Shown here piece after piece: positions 27,534-38,113 of a stretch of 64,000 nucleotides of DNA. Origin of the DNA: Peptococcaceae bacterium UBA7702 (GTDB lineage: Bacteria > Bacillota > Dehalobacteriia > UBA7702); NCBI GenBank assembly GCA_002482535.1, contig DLGE01000007.1:129325-193324 (forward strand), in the 5' to 3' direction. Position 1 is the first letter of the stretch. Every line of letters begins with the position of its first letter. The notes under the pieces are model-generated. The model was not told the origin of the DNA. It searched no databases and saw only the letters and a list, made by a program, of their open reading frames with translations. The position numbers and the translations under genes were made by a program.

Positions 27534-28673
27534 ATGGAAATAACGGAAATTCGCAAGCAAATTGATGAAACCGACAAAGTGATTTTAGAACAATTCCTGA
27601 CGCGGATGAAACTCTGCGAAGAGATCGCCGCCTGTAAAAAAGATCAGGCCCTCCCCGTTTTTAACCGCGAGAGGGAGCGGGAGATTTTGGCCCGGGCCGA
27701 AGAAAATGCCGGGCCAATGGGGCCTTACGCTTATTATCTGTTTTCCGTCCTGATGGAGCTCTCCCGCACCAGACAGGGGGAACTCTGCGCGGCTCCCACC
27801 AAAGTACGGACGCAAATCGAAAAAGCCTTGGAAAAGGAAGAAGATTTTTTTCCCCGCACCGGCACCGTAGCCTGCCAGGGGGTAGAGGGCAGCAACGGTC
27901 AAGCCGCCTGCGATAAACTGCTGCCCCGGGGCAAAATCGTCTATGTCAAAACCTTTGCGGCGGTCTTCTCCGCCGTGGAGTCAGGTTTGTGCAAATACGG
28001 CGTGGTACCCATCGAAAACAGCACCAACGGCTCGGTGCGCAGCGTCTATGAGCTGCTGCAAAAAAGAGGTCTCTTCATCGTGGGGGCCACAAACCTGCAA
28101 ATCCGCCATGAATTGCTGGCGAAGCCGGGAGTAAAAATGGAGGACATCAAAGAAATTTACTCCCACGAACAGGCCTTGGGCCAATGCAGTAAGTATTTGA
28201 ACAGCCTGGATGACAGCGTCAAAATCACCGCCGCCGACAACACTGCCGCCGCCGCAAAAATGGTGGCGGAAACGGACCGCAGGGATTGCGCCGCCATCGC
28301 CTCCCACGATTGCGCGGCCCTTTACGGTCTCACCGTGATCAACGATGATATCCAAGACAGCGACAACAACCATACCCGCTTCATTTGCGTGGCCAAAGAG
28401 CCGACGATCCACGCCGGGGCCAACCGCATCAGCCTGATTCTCTCCAGTGACAACAAACCCGGCGCCCTCTACGGCATCCTCTCCAAATTGGCGGTGCGGG
28501 GCATCAACATGAGTAAACTGGAAAGCTGCCCGGTCACGGGCCGCAACTTTGAATACGTATTCTTTATCGAGCTGGAAGCCTCGGTGAAAGAACCCGGCGT
28601 TTTACCGGTTTTAGACGAACTGTCCCGGGTCTGTGAGGTATTCCATTATCTTGGTTGCTACGCTTCAGTTTGA
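27534..28673 (+). CDS. pheA: bifunctional chorismate mutase / prephenate dehydratase (CM-PDT-ACT)
   Basis: MEITEIRKQIDETDKVILEQFLTRMKLCEEIA (CM_2 domain), …ENSTNGSVR…, and the C-terminal ACT domain. Confidence 0.9.
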   Translation: MEITEIRKQIDETDKVILEQFLTRMKLCEEIAACKKDQALPVFNREREREILARAEENAGPMGPYAYYLFSVLMELSRTRQGELCAAPTKVRTQIEKALEKEEDFFPRTGTVACQGVEGSNGQAACDKLLPRGKIVYVKTFAAVFSAVESGLCKYGVVPIENSTNGSVRSVYELLQKRGLFIVGATNLQIRHELLAKPGVKMEDIKEIYSHEQALGQCSKYLNSLDDSVKITAADNTAAAAKMVAETDRRDCAAIASHDCAALYGLTVINDDIQDSDNNHTRFICVAKEPTIHAGANRISLILSSDNKPGALYGILSKLAVRGINMSKLESCPVTGRNFEYVFFIELEASVKEPGVLPVLDELSRVCEVFHYLGCYASV

Positions 28674-28740
28674 CAGCACACTCTGGCAACGCCAAAGGCG
28701 ACAAAACACCTGCGCCTGAATGAAACGCTATCATTATAGA

Positions 28741-28783
28741 AAAAGCCGATTTCTGACTTACATCAGAAACCGGCTTCTTTTTT
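28741..28783. terminator. bidirectional terminator between pheA and the mttB operon
   Basis: aaagccgatttctgacttacatcagaaaccggctt followed by tttttt. Confidence 0.55.
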
Positions 28784-28816
28784 ATGGGCTTTTCCTCCGT
28801 CAACCTTTTTCGCCGT

Positions 28817-30289
28817 TTATTTGGCCCAGGCCTCTCTGGCTTCGGTGATGATGCGGTCCAAGGCTTTGGCGGTACTTTCGTCCAACGCGGCGGGCTTATG
28901 ATTTTTTAGGATATGCTGCATTTCTTCGGTGGCCCGGGCAGCGAGGTCCTGGCCGCCGTCGGCTTTCCACTGTCCGTAGGGACGGCGATCAAAAAGCCGG
29001 GTATAAGACTGTTCCTCCCGCATGTGCTTTAAAGTATGTTCTTCCTGGAGGAAGTGGCCGCCGCAACCCACTTGACGCAGGACATCCACGGCCATGGTTT
29101 CATCGTTTACCGGAATGCCGCCGATGATCTTCCTTACCATCTTGGCAAGTTCGTTATCAATGACAATCTGGCTGAAATCAAGGGTCATGCCCAGGTCGAT
29201 CATGCCCAAACCGTAGATCATGTTGGCGCCTGCCAACGCTGCCATCAGCATGGACATGGTTTTTTCGAGACCGGCCTGTTCATCAAGGCATTTGCTGTCC
29301 GTCTATGAACCCGCGACATAACTGGGAATTTTATAAAACTGCGCCAGGCGGGCCACGGCAGCGCTAAGCATCGCCAATTCAGGACAGCCAATGGTGGCGG
29401 TGGCGGAGCTTAGATCCATGATCGTGGTGGAACTGCCGTAAAGATTCGGTGCGCCTTTTTTCACCGCCTGACCCAAAACGATTCCGGCCAGCACTTCGGC
29501 ATTGTGGGTCACAAGGGTTCCCGCCAATGTTACGGGACTGGTGCCGCCAGCCATGGCCATAGATAACACGGTACAGGGCGCGTTGTTTTCGGCATAGACA
29601 ATGATCGGTTCCGTGGTTTCCGGAGAAATTGTCAGGGGACTGGTGGGACAGACCACCGTGGAGGCTACGGGACGGCGGGCAAAAGCCTCTTTGCCACCGG
29701 CCACGGCGAAAGCCATTTCCATGAATTTTTCCGCCTCCCGGCGGCTGTGGGCGCTTTGGGTACAGTGCTTGGTGGAATGGCTTGCCATCGCCTGATAGCT
29801 GGCCAGATTACCGATTTCAGGGGGAAGATCGCGGCATTCCACCGCCACATCCAAAAGATCGTATTGTGCCAAAGCGTCGACGAGAATCGCCACCCGCACC
29901 TGATCCTCATAACAGGAGGGACGGTATGCCCCGGTATCAGGATCGACGACATTGACGCCTTTGCTGAAATTGCAGAAGTTAACCCTGGTTCCTTCGAGGT
30001 GAAGGTCATTTTTGGGATCGCGCCCCGCCAGCAATACCGAAGCGGGAGTGGAGATGATGGCGTCTTCCACGACGTGGGCCGGGATATAGATCATGTGATT
30101 GGCGGCATCAACGGTACAGCCAACACCCTCATAGTAAGCCTGGGCTTCCCTACAAACGGTTTTGATTCCCGTGTGCCAGAGGACTTCCAAAGTAGCTGCG
30201 TGAATCTGTTCCAGGGAAGCCGGAGAGAGGCCAAAAAGACCGAAACCGCGGATATCCTCCACACCGCTGCTGATCAAACGTCTGCTCAT
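28817..30289 (-). CDS. mttB: trimethylamine:corrinoid methyltransferase MttB, with an in-frame amber (TAG) codon at 29303-29305 (codon 329 of 490), predicted pyrrolysine
   Basis: The listed ORFs 29303-30289 and 28817-29257 are in the same frame and separated only by TAG. The flanking sequence …KIPSYVAGS[TAG]TDSKCLDEQAGLEKTMSMLMAALAGAN… is colinear with …FGLAGATDSKTLDAQAAMEV… in the paralog at 33188, and with the paralog at 30294. TAG to the C-terminus is 161 residues, the same as Pyl334-to-end in 495-aa Methanosarcina MttB. Translationally coupled (AAAGGAG RBS, ATG 4 nt after the TGA) to the upstream paralog. TAA stop. Confidence 0.65.
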
Positions 30290-30293
30290 CTTG

Positions 30294-31781
30294 TCAACTC
30301 CTTTCAGGGCCTAAGGGCAGTGAAACAATATCCATGGCCGCCATAATTTCAGTCATTGCGCCATCGAGTTTCACCGCGGTATCTTGCGTGAGGGCGGGAA
30401 TCTCATGATGCTCCAAAATAGCGGTGACTTGCGCTTTGGCTCTGGCGAAAATATCACTGCCGCCCTGTGCTTCCCAGGCGTTTCTATTCTTTTTATCGAT
30501 GACCAACGGGGGAATATAGAGCTCCTCTTTAAAGTGACGCAGCGTGTGCTCGGCGGACATATAATCGCCGCCGGGGCCCAAGGCGTCGATGAGGTCAAGA
30601 CATAACGTTTCGTCGTTGACGGCAAAGCCCTTTTGCAGCCGTTTGGTCATCGCCACGATTTCATGGTCAATGACCAGTTTTTCCAAACTGAAGGTGTTGA
30701 CAAAATCGAGCATACCGGGACCGGCGATGACATGCAAACCGCCGGCAGCGGCCAACAGGGCGCTGAAGGCCGTCTCCAGCCCGGCCTGGGCATCGACGGT
30801 TTTGGCGTCGGCCAGACCGGCGTAAGTATGACAGGGCATCCCGTAATAACGGGCCATTTGAGCGTAGGCCGTGCTGATCAAGTTCGTTTCCACGGCATTC
30901 AGCGAAGTGGTGCTAAAACGCATATCAAAGGTCATCGGCGCGCCGCCGAAGATCATCGGATTGCCGGGATTGACACTCTGGGCCAGGACGATACCGCTTA
31001 ACGTTTCCGCCACATGAATCAAGAGGGAACCGGCAAGGGTCGCCGGTGATACGGCGCCGGGCATGGGAACGGAGATCGTTTCCATGGGCAACCCCAGCTT
31101 TGCACAGTCGATGATGTTATGACAGCTGATATGGGTCCATTTCAGAGAGGGAGAAGAACAGATGTCAAAGAAGGCCAGAGGCTTTTCACGTAAAGCCGCT
31201 TCGCTGCCGCGAATCTGCGTCAATAACTTGGCAATATTGGCGACGCCTTCGACGTCAAAGGCTCCTACGGCCATGGGTTTTACCGTATTTTTCAATAACA
31301 GATAGACCCGGTAACAATCGGCAATCTTTTTGGGTACGTCAGCCAAAGAAACGGCGGTGCTTTGAATGGGGAAGTTTTCCAGCCCGTCACAGAGACGGTA
31401 AATCTTAACGATATCGCCGCTCACCGCCGGTCTCGCGGTGCAGTTGTCGCTTTCCAAAAAATTGAGGCCGGCGGAACCGGGATCAAAGTAGCAGTTCTCG
31501 CCTCCAATGGTGATGGGATTTTCCCCTTCGCGGCCAAAAAGCTCAAAGGTTTCCGGTACGGAAGACAGGGATTTTTCCACCAGTTCTTTGGGGAAACGGG
31601 CGATTTTTTGGTCAAAATCGACGCTACACCCCGCATCGCGGAGAATGGTCAAAGCCTCCTCACTATCGAAAAACACGCCGGTTTTTGCCAATACTTTTAA
31701 CGCCGCCTCGTGGATTTTCAGAATATCTTCTTCCTTCAGAAACCGCAAAAGGGGCTGATGCTCCAATGTAAATTTTGACAT
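30294..31781 (-). CDS. MttB-superfamily methyltransferase, non-Pyl paralog (495 aa)
   Basis: MSKFTLEHQPLLRFLKEEDILKIHEAALKVLAKTGVFFDSEEALTILRDAGCSVDF… has Leu at the Pyl-equivalent position (…YAGLADAKTVDAQAG…). TGA stop. Confidence 0.85.
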   Translation of the reverse strand: MSKFTLEHQPLLRFLKEEDILKIHEAALKVLAKTGVFFDSEEALTILRDAGCSVDFDQKIARFPKELVEKSLSSVPETFELFGREGENPITIGGENCYFDPGSAGLNFLESDNCTARPAVSGDIVKIYRLCDGLENFPIQSTAVSLADVPKKIADCYRVYLLLKNTVKPMAVGAFDVEGVANIAKLLTQIRGSEAALREKPLAFFDICSSPSLKWTHISCHNIIDCAKLGLPMETISVPMPGAVSPATLAGSLLIHVAETLSGIVLAQSVNPGNPMIFGGAPMTFDMRFSTTSLNAVETNLISTAYAQMARYYGMPCHTYAGLADAKTVDAQAGLETAFSALLAAAGGLHVIAGPGMLDFVNTFSLEKLVIDHEIVAMTKRLQKGFAVNDETLCLDLIDALGPGGDYMSAEHTLRHFKEELYIPPLVIDKKNRNAWEAQGGSDIFARAKAQVTAILEHHEIPALTQDTAVKLDGAMTEIMAAMDIVSLPLGPERS

Positions 31782-31814
31782 ATCATGATACCTCGTTATG
31801 CTTAGTGTGAAGAT

Positions 31815-33107
31815 TTAGGCGGCGTCTGTTACGCCTTCCCCCTGTTTTGCCGCAGCTCTTCTCTTTTTGATGCGGGAAATCAGGATCATGGTGACGATGA
31901 AACCAAGGATACCGATGCCCAGCATGTAGCCGAACATGATCTTATAGCCGGTAATTCCGGGATAGGTATCCATCCAATGGCCCACCAGTGTGTAAACAAA
32001 GGCTTCGGGAATGAAGCCGATGAAGGAAGCGAGACCGATGGCGGCGCCGGTATATTGTAGCGGGATCATCAGTTCATCGACGACGGCAAAGTAAACGCCG
32101 CGGGTGAGGAACACGGAGAAAGCCAGCACAACCATGGCGGCGGTGGCAAGCCAAAGGAAAGATGCTTGCGCCGGAATGATCAAATAAGCCAATACGGCGA
32201 GGGCAGCCACAAAGATCGCAACTCGCAACACCCGGGCGCTGGAGCCCCTTTTATCCGCCCAGATCCCGGCGATGGGGCCGCCGAAAATGGCGATGAAATA
32301 CGTCCGCATCAAGGCAATGAGAGCAGCCAACGACGCACTGGCGGCGAACATTTCGGTGAAATAGGGTGTGATATAGCTCTGGGTGCAATATAAGGTGTAG
32401 CAGCAAAAGATAACGATTGCCAGCAACCAAAGATCGGGTATTTTAAGGACATAAAAAATTTCTTTGAATAAATGATGCTTTTCTCCCCCGGTTTCGGAGG
32501 AGATATTTTCCACTTTGGTTTCTTTGAAAAAGAACAAAAGCAAAAGTGCGGCAACCGTAACGACACAGGAATATGCAATGATCGCCCCACGAATCCCGGC
32601 AATTTCACCGCCGAGGTAGTTGAACAGCCAGAGAATGGCAACGCCCCAAAGCATGGGCAAGAGGCCGCGGCCACCTTCCAAAAGACCGAAAAGTTTGCCC
32701 TGGATTTCACTGCCCCCAGCCATCCGGGTGGCTTTCAACATGGCGGCCCAGAAAATCAGGGAAGTGGTAACCCCCCAAAGAATATAGATGATCAGATTTG
32801 CCATGTAGGAGGGAAACGTCGCCGAGTAAAAGCCCAATGCCGCCGTGGCGAAGAGGGCAAAAACCATCAGTTTTTTGCAGGAAATCTTATCGGCGAGCCA
32901 GCCACCGGGAAAATAGCAGATCATCGCCGTGATGCCATAGGCGCTCATCAACGTGCCATAAGCGGTATTGTTCAGCCCAAGAGCCGCCTGGAGGGCGTCG
33001 TAATAATAATAACGCAAATAAGGCAATTCATAGATCGCGCCGCCGGCCAACATCAAAAGAAGGAGCACCAGGATTCTTCTGGAATTGAATATGGATTCTT
33101 TTTTCAT
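31815..33107 (-). CDS. MFS transporter (12 TM)
   Basis: 430-aa hydrophobic protein with an MFS-like two-half organisation. Sits between two MttB-family genes. Confidence 0.8.
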   Translation of the reverse strand: MKKESIFNSRRILVLLLLMLAGGAIYELPYLRYYYYDALQAALGLNNTAYGTLMSAYGITAMICYFPGGWLADKISCKKLMVFALFATAALGFYSATFPSYMANLIIYILWGVTTSLIFWAAMLKATRMAGGSEIQGKLFGLLEGGRGLLPMLWGVAILWLFNYLGGEIAGIRGAIIAYSCVVTVAALLLLFFFKETKVENISSETGGEKHHLFKEIFYVLKIPDLWLLAIVIFCCYTLYCTQSYITPYFTEMFAASASLAALIALMRTYFIAIFGGPIAGIWADKRGSSARVLRVAIFVAALAVLAYLIIPAQASFLWLATAAMVVLAFSVFLTRGVYFAVVDELMIPLQYTGAAIGLASFIGFIPEAFVYTLVGHWMDTYPGITGYKIMFGYMLGIGILGFIVTMILISRIKKRRAAAKQGEGVTDAA

Positions 33108-33187
33108 GTTTTACCGTTCATCCTTTCAATCTTTCAAATTTTAAATTTTCAAAATAATAGACCTTAATTTTTTGAATGATCCGGATG

Positions 33188-34639
33188 TCATTGATGATTT
33201 TCAATAGACCTTTCATACCGCGCTTCCGCCGCCGTGACAATGCCGTCAAGTTTCGCCAGTACGCTATCGTTTAAAGGTTCCGGGTGATGATTTTTCAGCA
33301 AATGAGTGATCTTTTCATTGATGCGGTCCGCCATCGTCTTTTTGCCTGCGGCGAGCCAGCCATTGTAATCCTGACGAATCCCACAGAATGGTACGTATAA
33401 TTCCTTTTGGAAATTGTCAAAGGTATGCTGGGCGGCGAGAAAGTTGCCGTTGGGACCCACTTCGTCGATGACGTCGGCGGCAAAACCGTTCTCATCGGTA
33501 GCAAAGCCCTGAGTTAGCCTTCTGGCGTAGCCCGCCACTTCTTCACAGAAAACCATCAGTTGCAGGGAACCGGTCATGCCCACATCGGACATGCCGAAGT
33601 CGTGAATGAGGTTGGCCCCCATCCCAATATCGGCAATGATTTCCGCGGTGACTTCCATGGCCGCCTGGGCATCGAGGGTTTTGCTGTCCGTGGCGCCGGC
33701 CAAACCGAAGCTGGGGATGCCAAAGGAGCGCAGCATTTGAGTACCGGCGCCGTCCATTAAGAGCATTTCAGGGCTGCCGTAAGCGGCCTGGAAGGATTTC
33801 AGATCAAGGACGCCCCCGTTGGAGCTGCAAATGATCGGCGCCCCCTCCCTGACCAGCTGGGAAATGACGACACCGCAAAGGACGTCGGCCAAGCCGATGG
33901 TAAGGGCGCCGGCTAAGGTCACCGGCGCGGTGCCGCCGAAGGTCATCCCCGGGGAATAGACCAGGGGCAGCCCCTTTTTCGCCATATACATCAACTTTTC
34001 CAGGGCCTCTTTGGAGTGAGCCAGGGGTGTGGTGGGTTCCGCGTATACGATGATGTTAGGCTTCCGGCGCAAATTCTCTGCGCTGCCGGCCACGGCTTCC
34101 GCCATGGCAATGATATCTTTTAGATTATCCACGTTGAAGGACCATGTCAAGAGGGGCTTGGCACTGTTTCTCAGCAGCGCGTCGACTTCGTGAACGTCGG
34201 CCAACTGAGGTGTTTTATCGCTGATCATACATAAGGACATCAGAAAATCGATATTCTTCAGGGCGTCGGCGACGGTGGCAGTGGCAACAACATCGTCCTT
34301 TACCGCAAGGCGGCGTTCCAGAGTCATGGGATCTTGAAAATAGGGACAGGTAACACCGGGGCCAAAATAGCTGTTGCGCCCGGTCAATTCCATGGCAAGA
34401 TCACCGTAACGGTTGAAAATATCGATTTTTGACGGTGCGGTCGCCAAGGCCTTTTCCGTCAATGATCGGGGAATGCTCACTAAGTTTGTATCGGACACCT
34501 TTGCCCCCGCTGCTTTCAGCAAAGCAAGGGCTTCCGGGCTGTATACCCGTGAGCCGGTTCTTTCCATTAATTGAAACGTCGCTTCCTTTACCTGCTCCAT
34601 CTCTGCTGGAGATAACAGATCAAAATGAAAATTAGCCAT
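33188..34639 (-). CDS. MttB-superfamily methyltransferase, non-Pyl paralog (483 aa)
   Basis: MANFHFDLLSPAEMEQVKEATFQLMERTGSRVYSPEALALLKAAGAKV… RBS AGGAGA. Divergent from the MerR gene. Confidence 0.85.
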   Translation of the reverse strand: MANFHFDLLSPAEMEQVKEATFQLMERTGSRVYSPEALALLKAAGAKVSDTNLVSIPRSLTEKALATAPSKIDIFNRYGDLAMELTGRNSYFGPGVTCPYFQDPMTLERRLAVKDDVVATATVADALKNIDFLMSLCMISDKTPQLADVHEVDALLRNSAKPLLTWSFNVDNLKDIIAMAEAVAGSAENLRRKPNIIVYAEPTTPLAHSKEALEKLMYMAKKGLPLVYSPGMTFGGTAPVTLAGALTIGLADVLCGVVISQLVREGAPIICSSNGGVLDLKSFQAAYGSPEMLLMDGAGTQMLRSFGIPSFGLAGATDSKTLDAQAAMEVTAEIIADIGMGANLIHDFGMSDVGMTGSLQLMVFCEEVAGYARRLTQGFATDENGFAADVIDEVGPNGNFLAAQHTFDNFQKELYVPFCGIRQDYNGWLAAGKKTMADRINEKITHLLKNHHPEPLNDSVLAKLDGIVTAAEARYERSIENHQ

Positions 34640-34781
34640 GATTATCTCTCCTAACTTTTCGTGAAATTACTGCTTTTTGTCCAAAAGATTCAGATCGTTG
34701 CAACGGCATCTGTTGACTCTTCTCACTCCGGAGTATATACTATTCCACAGAGGGAGAGTCAAGAGAAAAGGAGAAATAATT

Positions 34782-35588
34782 TTGAGCAAATTATTTTCCA
34801 TCGGCACCGTGGCCAAAATGAAGGGCGTTTCCGTCAAGATGCTGCGGCATTACGACGAAATCGGCCTTTTAAAGCCCCGTTACGTGGACCCGGATACAGG
34901 GTACCGCTATTATGAATCAAACCAACTGCTGTTCATCGAATTCATCACTTTTTTTCGCCGGGGCGGCGCCTCTTTAGAAGAAATTTCCGCCGCCTGCCAA
35001 GGGGACAACGCCTTGGCCATCGCCGATTTTTCGGCCCGGCAAATCCACCGGGCCCAGCAACAGATCGATCTACTGAATGAAGCCATCACCTGCTATCAAG
35101 GGCTTTGCGACAAAATCTATAACGACGTGGCCCATGCCAAAAACGACGGCGTCTATTGGCAAAGGATCCCGGAAAGGGACGTCATCAAACACAATGTGGG
35201 CAACCGTATCATCACCGAAGACGACGTCTACGATTGTTTTTGGGACGTCTACAAGGAAATCCGCGTCCACAATTTAAAGACCCTCTACGCCACCGGCAGC
35301 ATCGTCGTGATTCCAGAGCATAAGGATACGGCGGAACTTTATTACACGGATATTTTCTGCGACGCAGCCTTGGGTAAAACTTCCTTCTTCGCAAAGATAG
35401 AAACCATACCACAGGGGGAGTATTTATGTGTAAATTATCAGAAAAATAACAAGAAAACACAGATCAATTTGATCAAGAACGCCATTGCCAAAATGAACCA
35501 ACCGCCAAAGCTCTGCATTGAAGTGGATACCTTCACCAAAGTCACCACCTGGGTCGATCCCCTTTACGAGTTGCAGGTACTCTTTTAA
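34782..35588 (+). CDS. MerR-family regulator with GyrI-like effector domain (TTG start)
   Basis: (M)SKLFSIGTVAKMKGVSVKMLRHYDEIGLLKPRYVDPDTGYRYYESNQL is the MerR HTH. AAGGAG sits 8 nt before TTG. Confidence 0.7.
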   Translation: MSKLFSIGTVAKMKGVSVKMLRHYDEIGLLKPRYVDPDTGYRYYESNQLLFIEFITFFRRGGASLEEISAACQGDNALAIADFSARQIHRAQQQIDLLNEAITCYQGLCDKIYNDVAHAKNDGVYWQRIPERDVIKHNVGNRIITEDDVYDCFWDVYKEIRVHNLKTLYATGSIVVIPEHKDTAELYYTDIFCDAALGKTSFFAKIETIPQGEYLCVNYQKNNKKTQINLIKNAIAKMNQPPKLCIEVDTFTKVTTWVDPLYELQVLF

Positions 35589-35613
35589 CAAAATAAGAAA
35601 GTGAGGAAAGCTG

Positions 35614-36039
35614 ATGAAAATCATGGTCATCAACGGTCCAAACCTCAATATGCTGGGGATTAGGGAACCGGCGATCTACGGCCGGGAAACCTACGGCGAT
35701 CTCGTAAAAATGATCGAAGCGGAAGCGGCAACATTAAAAATCGACGTGGGTTTTCTCCAAGCCAACAGCGAAGGCGCCTTGATCGATGCCATCCAGGCGG
35801 CCTTGGGAACAGCCGACGGCATCATCATCAACCCGGCGGCCTATACCCATACGAGCATCGCCTTACTGGACGCCGTGAAAGCGGTCAATCTGCCCACGGT
35901 GGAGGTACACATTTCCGACCCGGACAGCAGAGAAGATTTCCGCAGAATCTCCTATATCCGCAGCGCCTGCTTGGCCACAATCAAAGGCAAAGGTCTCCAT
36001 GGCTACCTGGAGGCGCTAAGGCTGTTAGCGGAAAGGTGA
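35614..36039 (+). CDS. aroQ: type II 3-dehydroquinate dehydratase
   Basis: MKIMVINGPNLNMLGIREPAIYG…THTSIALLDA…HISD matches canonical AroQ motifs. Confidence 0.9.
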   Translation: MKIMVINGPNLNMLGIREPAIYGRETYGDLVKMIEAEAATLKIDVGFLQANSEGALIDAIQAALGTADGIIINPAAYTHTSIALLDAVKAVNLPTVEVHISDPDSREDFRRISYIRSACLATIKGKGLHGYLEALRLLAER

Positions 36040-36126
36040 CACGGCACAGGACCCGGCAAAAAATAAAAAAGCCGGCAGCCCAAGACATGGTATACCGTGG
36101 GCGGCAGGGCTTTTCACACAAAACAA

Positions 36127-36160
36127 ATCAGCGGCGGCCTTTGGCATAACCGCTGTTTTT
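36127..36160 (+). terminator. rho-independent terminator
   Basis: cagcggcggcctttggcataaccgctg followed by tttttt. Confidence 0.55.
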
Positions 36161-36252
36161 TCCTATGGAGATCATCAACATGCGCCTTAACAAAACGTAT
36201 CACGGTGTGATCTTCTGCACAGAATAGAGAGAGAGCGAAAGGAGGATTTGCC

Positions 36253-37377
36253 ATGTCATTTCCATTGCCCCCCTATCATGAACCGGATTTTCAAAGGGAG
36301 CCCCTGAAAAGCGCCGGTGACGCTTGTTACGCCTTGTCGCCCAAGGACGGCGTGGCGCCGGAGAACTACCACGCCACAACGATTTTCCCGGAATACTTCA
36401 AAATCAACGGCGCCTGGCGTTTGGCGGAGGAATCCCGCATGGACTGCGTTGCCGTTTTAAAAGATGAGGCCGTCCACATCGTTGAATTCCGCAATCTTAA
36501 AAAAGGTGATAAGGTTTTCGTCGGCCGTAGAGAGAACGGGGAAGACGGTATCTTCGTGTATCCCGACGGCTTTCGGGAACAAAGGGACGACACAGGAGAA
36601 ACCTTCGCCTTTCGCCAGCGCCGCTCCAGGGAAACAGCCTTTTCCAAGGATTATGACAGCATTTACGAACTGCTGCGCCATGAAAGGGACCACGGCCATA
36701 TTCTCTGGGTATTAGGCCCTGCCTGCGCCTTTGATGCGGACAGCAGGGACTCCTTCGCCCAACTGATTCGTAACGGCTATGTCCACAGCGTATTGGCGGG
36801 GAACGCCCTCGCTACCCACGATCTGGAGGCAGCTTACAAAGGAACTGCCCTGGGTCAGGATATTTACAGTCAAAAGAGCCTGCCTTTCGGCCACTACAAT
36901 CATATCGACACCATCAACAGAGCGCGGTTTCACGGCTCCATCGAGGCTTTCATCGCCGGGGAAAGCCTCGATAACGGCATCATCTGTGCCTGCGTCGAAA
37001 GAAACATTCCCTTCCTTTTGGCCGGTTCCATCCGAGACGACGGCCCCCTACCCGGGGTTTACGCCGATGTCTACAAAGCCCAGGACCAGATGCGCGCCGC
37101 GGTAAAAAAGGCCACGACGGTGATCTGCTTGGCCACCACGCTCCATGCCATTGCCACCGGGAATATGACGCCGTCTTTTTGCGTTTTAGAGGATCATACC
37201 ATTCGTCCCGTCTATTTCTATATTGTGGACATCTCCGAATTCGCCGTCAACAAACTGAGCGACAGAGGCAGCCTCGCCGCCCGGGGCGTCATCACCAACG
37301 TCCAAGATTTCATCGTCAATCTCCGCAAGGGCATCGTGGATCCGGCTCTCGGGGAAAACAAAGGCAACCACCACTGA
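36253..37377 (+). CDS. LOR/SDH-domain protein (TIGR00300-like; ornithine-cyclodeaminase/ArgZ-N-domain-like), tentative
   Basis: 374 aa. The fold assignment is from recalled similarity only. RBS GAAAGGAGG. Confidence 0.4.
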   Translation: MSFPLPPYHEPDFQREPLKSAGDACYALSPKDGVAPENYHATTIFPEYFKINGAWRLAEESRMDCVAVLKDEAVHIVEFRNLKKGDKVFVGRRENGEDGIFVYPDGFREQRDDTGETFAFRQRRSRETAFSKDYDSIYELLRHERDHGHILWVLGPACAFDADSRDSFAQLIRNGYVHSVLAGNALATHDLEAAYKGTALGQDIYSQKSLPFGHYNHIDTINRARFHGSIEAFIAGESLDNGIICACVERNIPFLLAGSIRDDGPLPGVYADVYKAQDQMRAAVKKATTVICLATTLHAIATGNMTPSFCVLEDHTIRPVYFYIVDISEFAVNKLSDRGSLAARGVITNVQDFIVNLRKGIVDPALGENKGNHH

Positions 37378-37577
37378 AAACGTCTTTTCCCGAAAATCCG
37401 GCAATCATCAAGGCTTTCGACAACAAATAACCGTGTTGATTCGGGAAATTTTCAAGGAAAAAGATACCAATTCCCGCTATTTTATGATATACTATCAAAA
37501 TAGGAGTAAAAAAATACAATAAAAAAGTAAAATAATACAATTCGTTACGGATAGGATATCTCGCGGGGGTTATAATA

Positions 37578-37859
37578 ATGGAAGAAAAAGCTCAAATTGT
37601 TGCGGATTTATTCAGACTTTTGTCCAACCGATACCGGCTGTTGATTCTTTGTGCCCTACTGGAACGCTCCACCGGTGTCAGTGAACTTGCAGATATGTTT
37701 CCTCAGATCACCCGTGCCGCTCTTTCCCAGCACCTACATTCTTTAAAAGCAGCGGATCTTATTTCCCGGGAAAAATGCGGCCAATACGTCACCTATTCTT
37801 TGGCCGACGACCGCATCAAAGAATTATTCGCCGTGGTTAAAAAACAATATTGTGATTGA
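37578..37859 (+). CDS. ArsR-family transcriptional regulator
   Basis: …LFRLLSNRYRLLILCALLERSTGVSELADMFPQITRAALSQHLHSLKAADLISREKCGQYVTYSL is the winged-HTH ArsR signature. Confidence 0.75.
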   Translation: MEEKAQIVADLFRLLSNRYRLLILCALLERSTGVSELADMFPQITRAALSQHLHSLKAADLISREKCGQYVTYSLADDRIKELFAVVKKQYCD

Positions 37860-38113
37860 TCTTCTGCCGTAAAGCAAAAGCAATAAAAAACAATATCCCC
37901 TTGGGGATATTGTAACACACTGTAGACAACTGCGCGTAAACGGGTTTTTGGTCTACAAAATGATAGGCTGCCGAGAAAGGATTCGTCTTTTCGGGCAAAT
38001 ATCAACGGAATTTGCTGCCGGATATTCACCGCGTATCAGACTTTATCGTCAGCCTAAAACGATATCCCTTCGCGGATATCGTTTTTTGCTATGACTTCCG
38101 GAGAGATGTTTTT

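Noticed and set aside
28817-29257. Listed 146-aa ORF as an independent gene
   Set aside because: It is in frame with, and colinear with, the C-terminal part of MttB. It is separated from the 328-aa N-terminal ORF only by the TAG at 29303-29305. I treat both as one mttB gene (Pyl read-through). The alternative, a plain nonsense pseudogene, is kept as the way to refute this.
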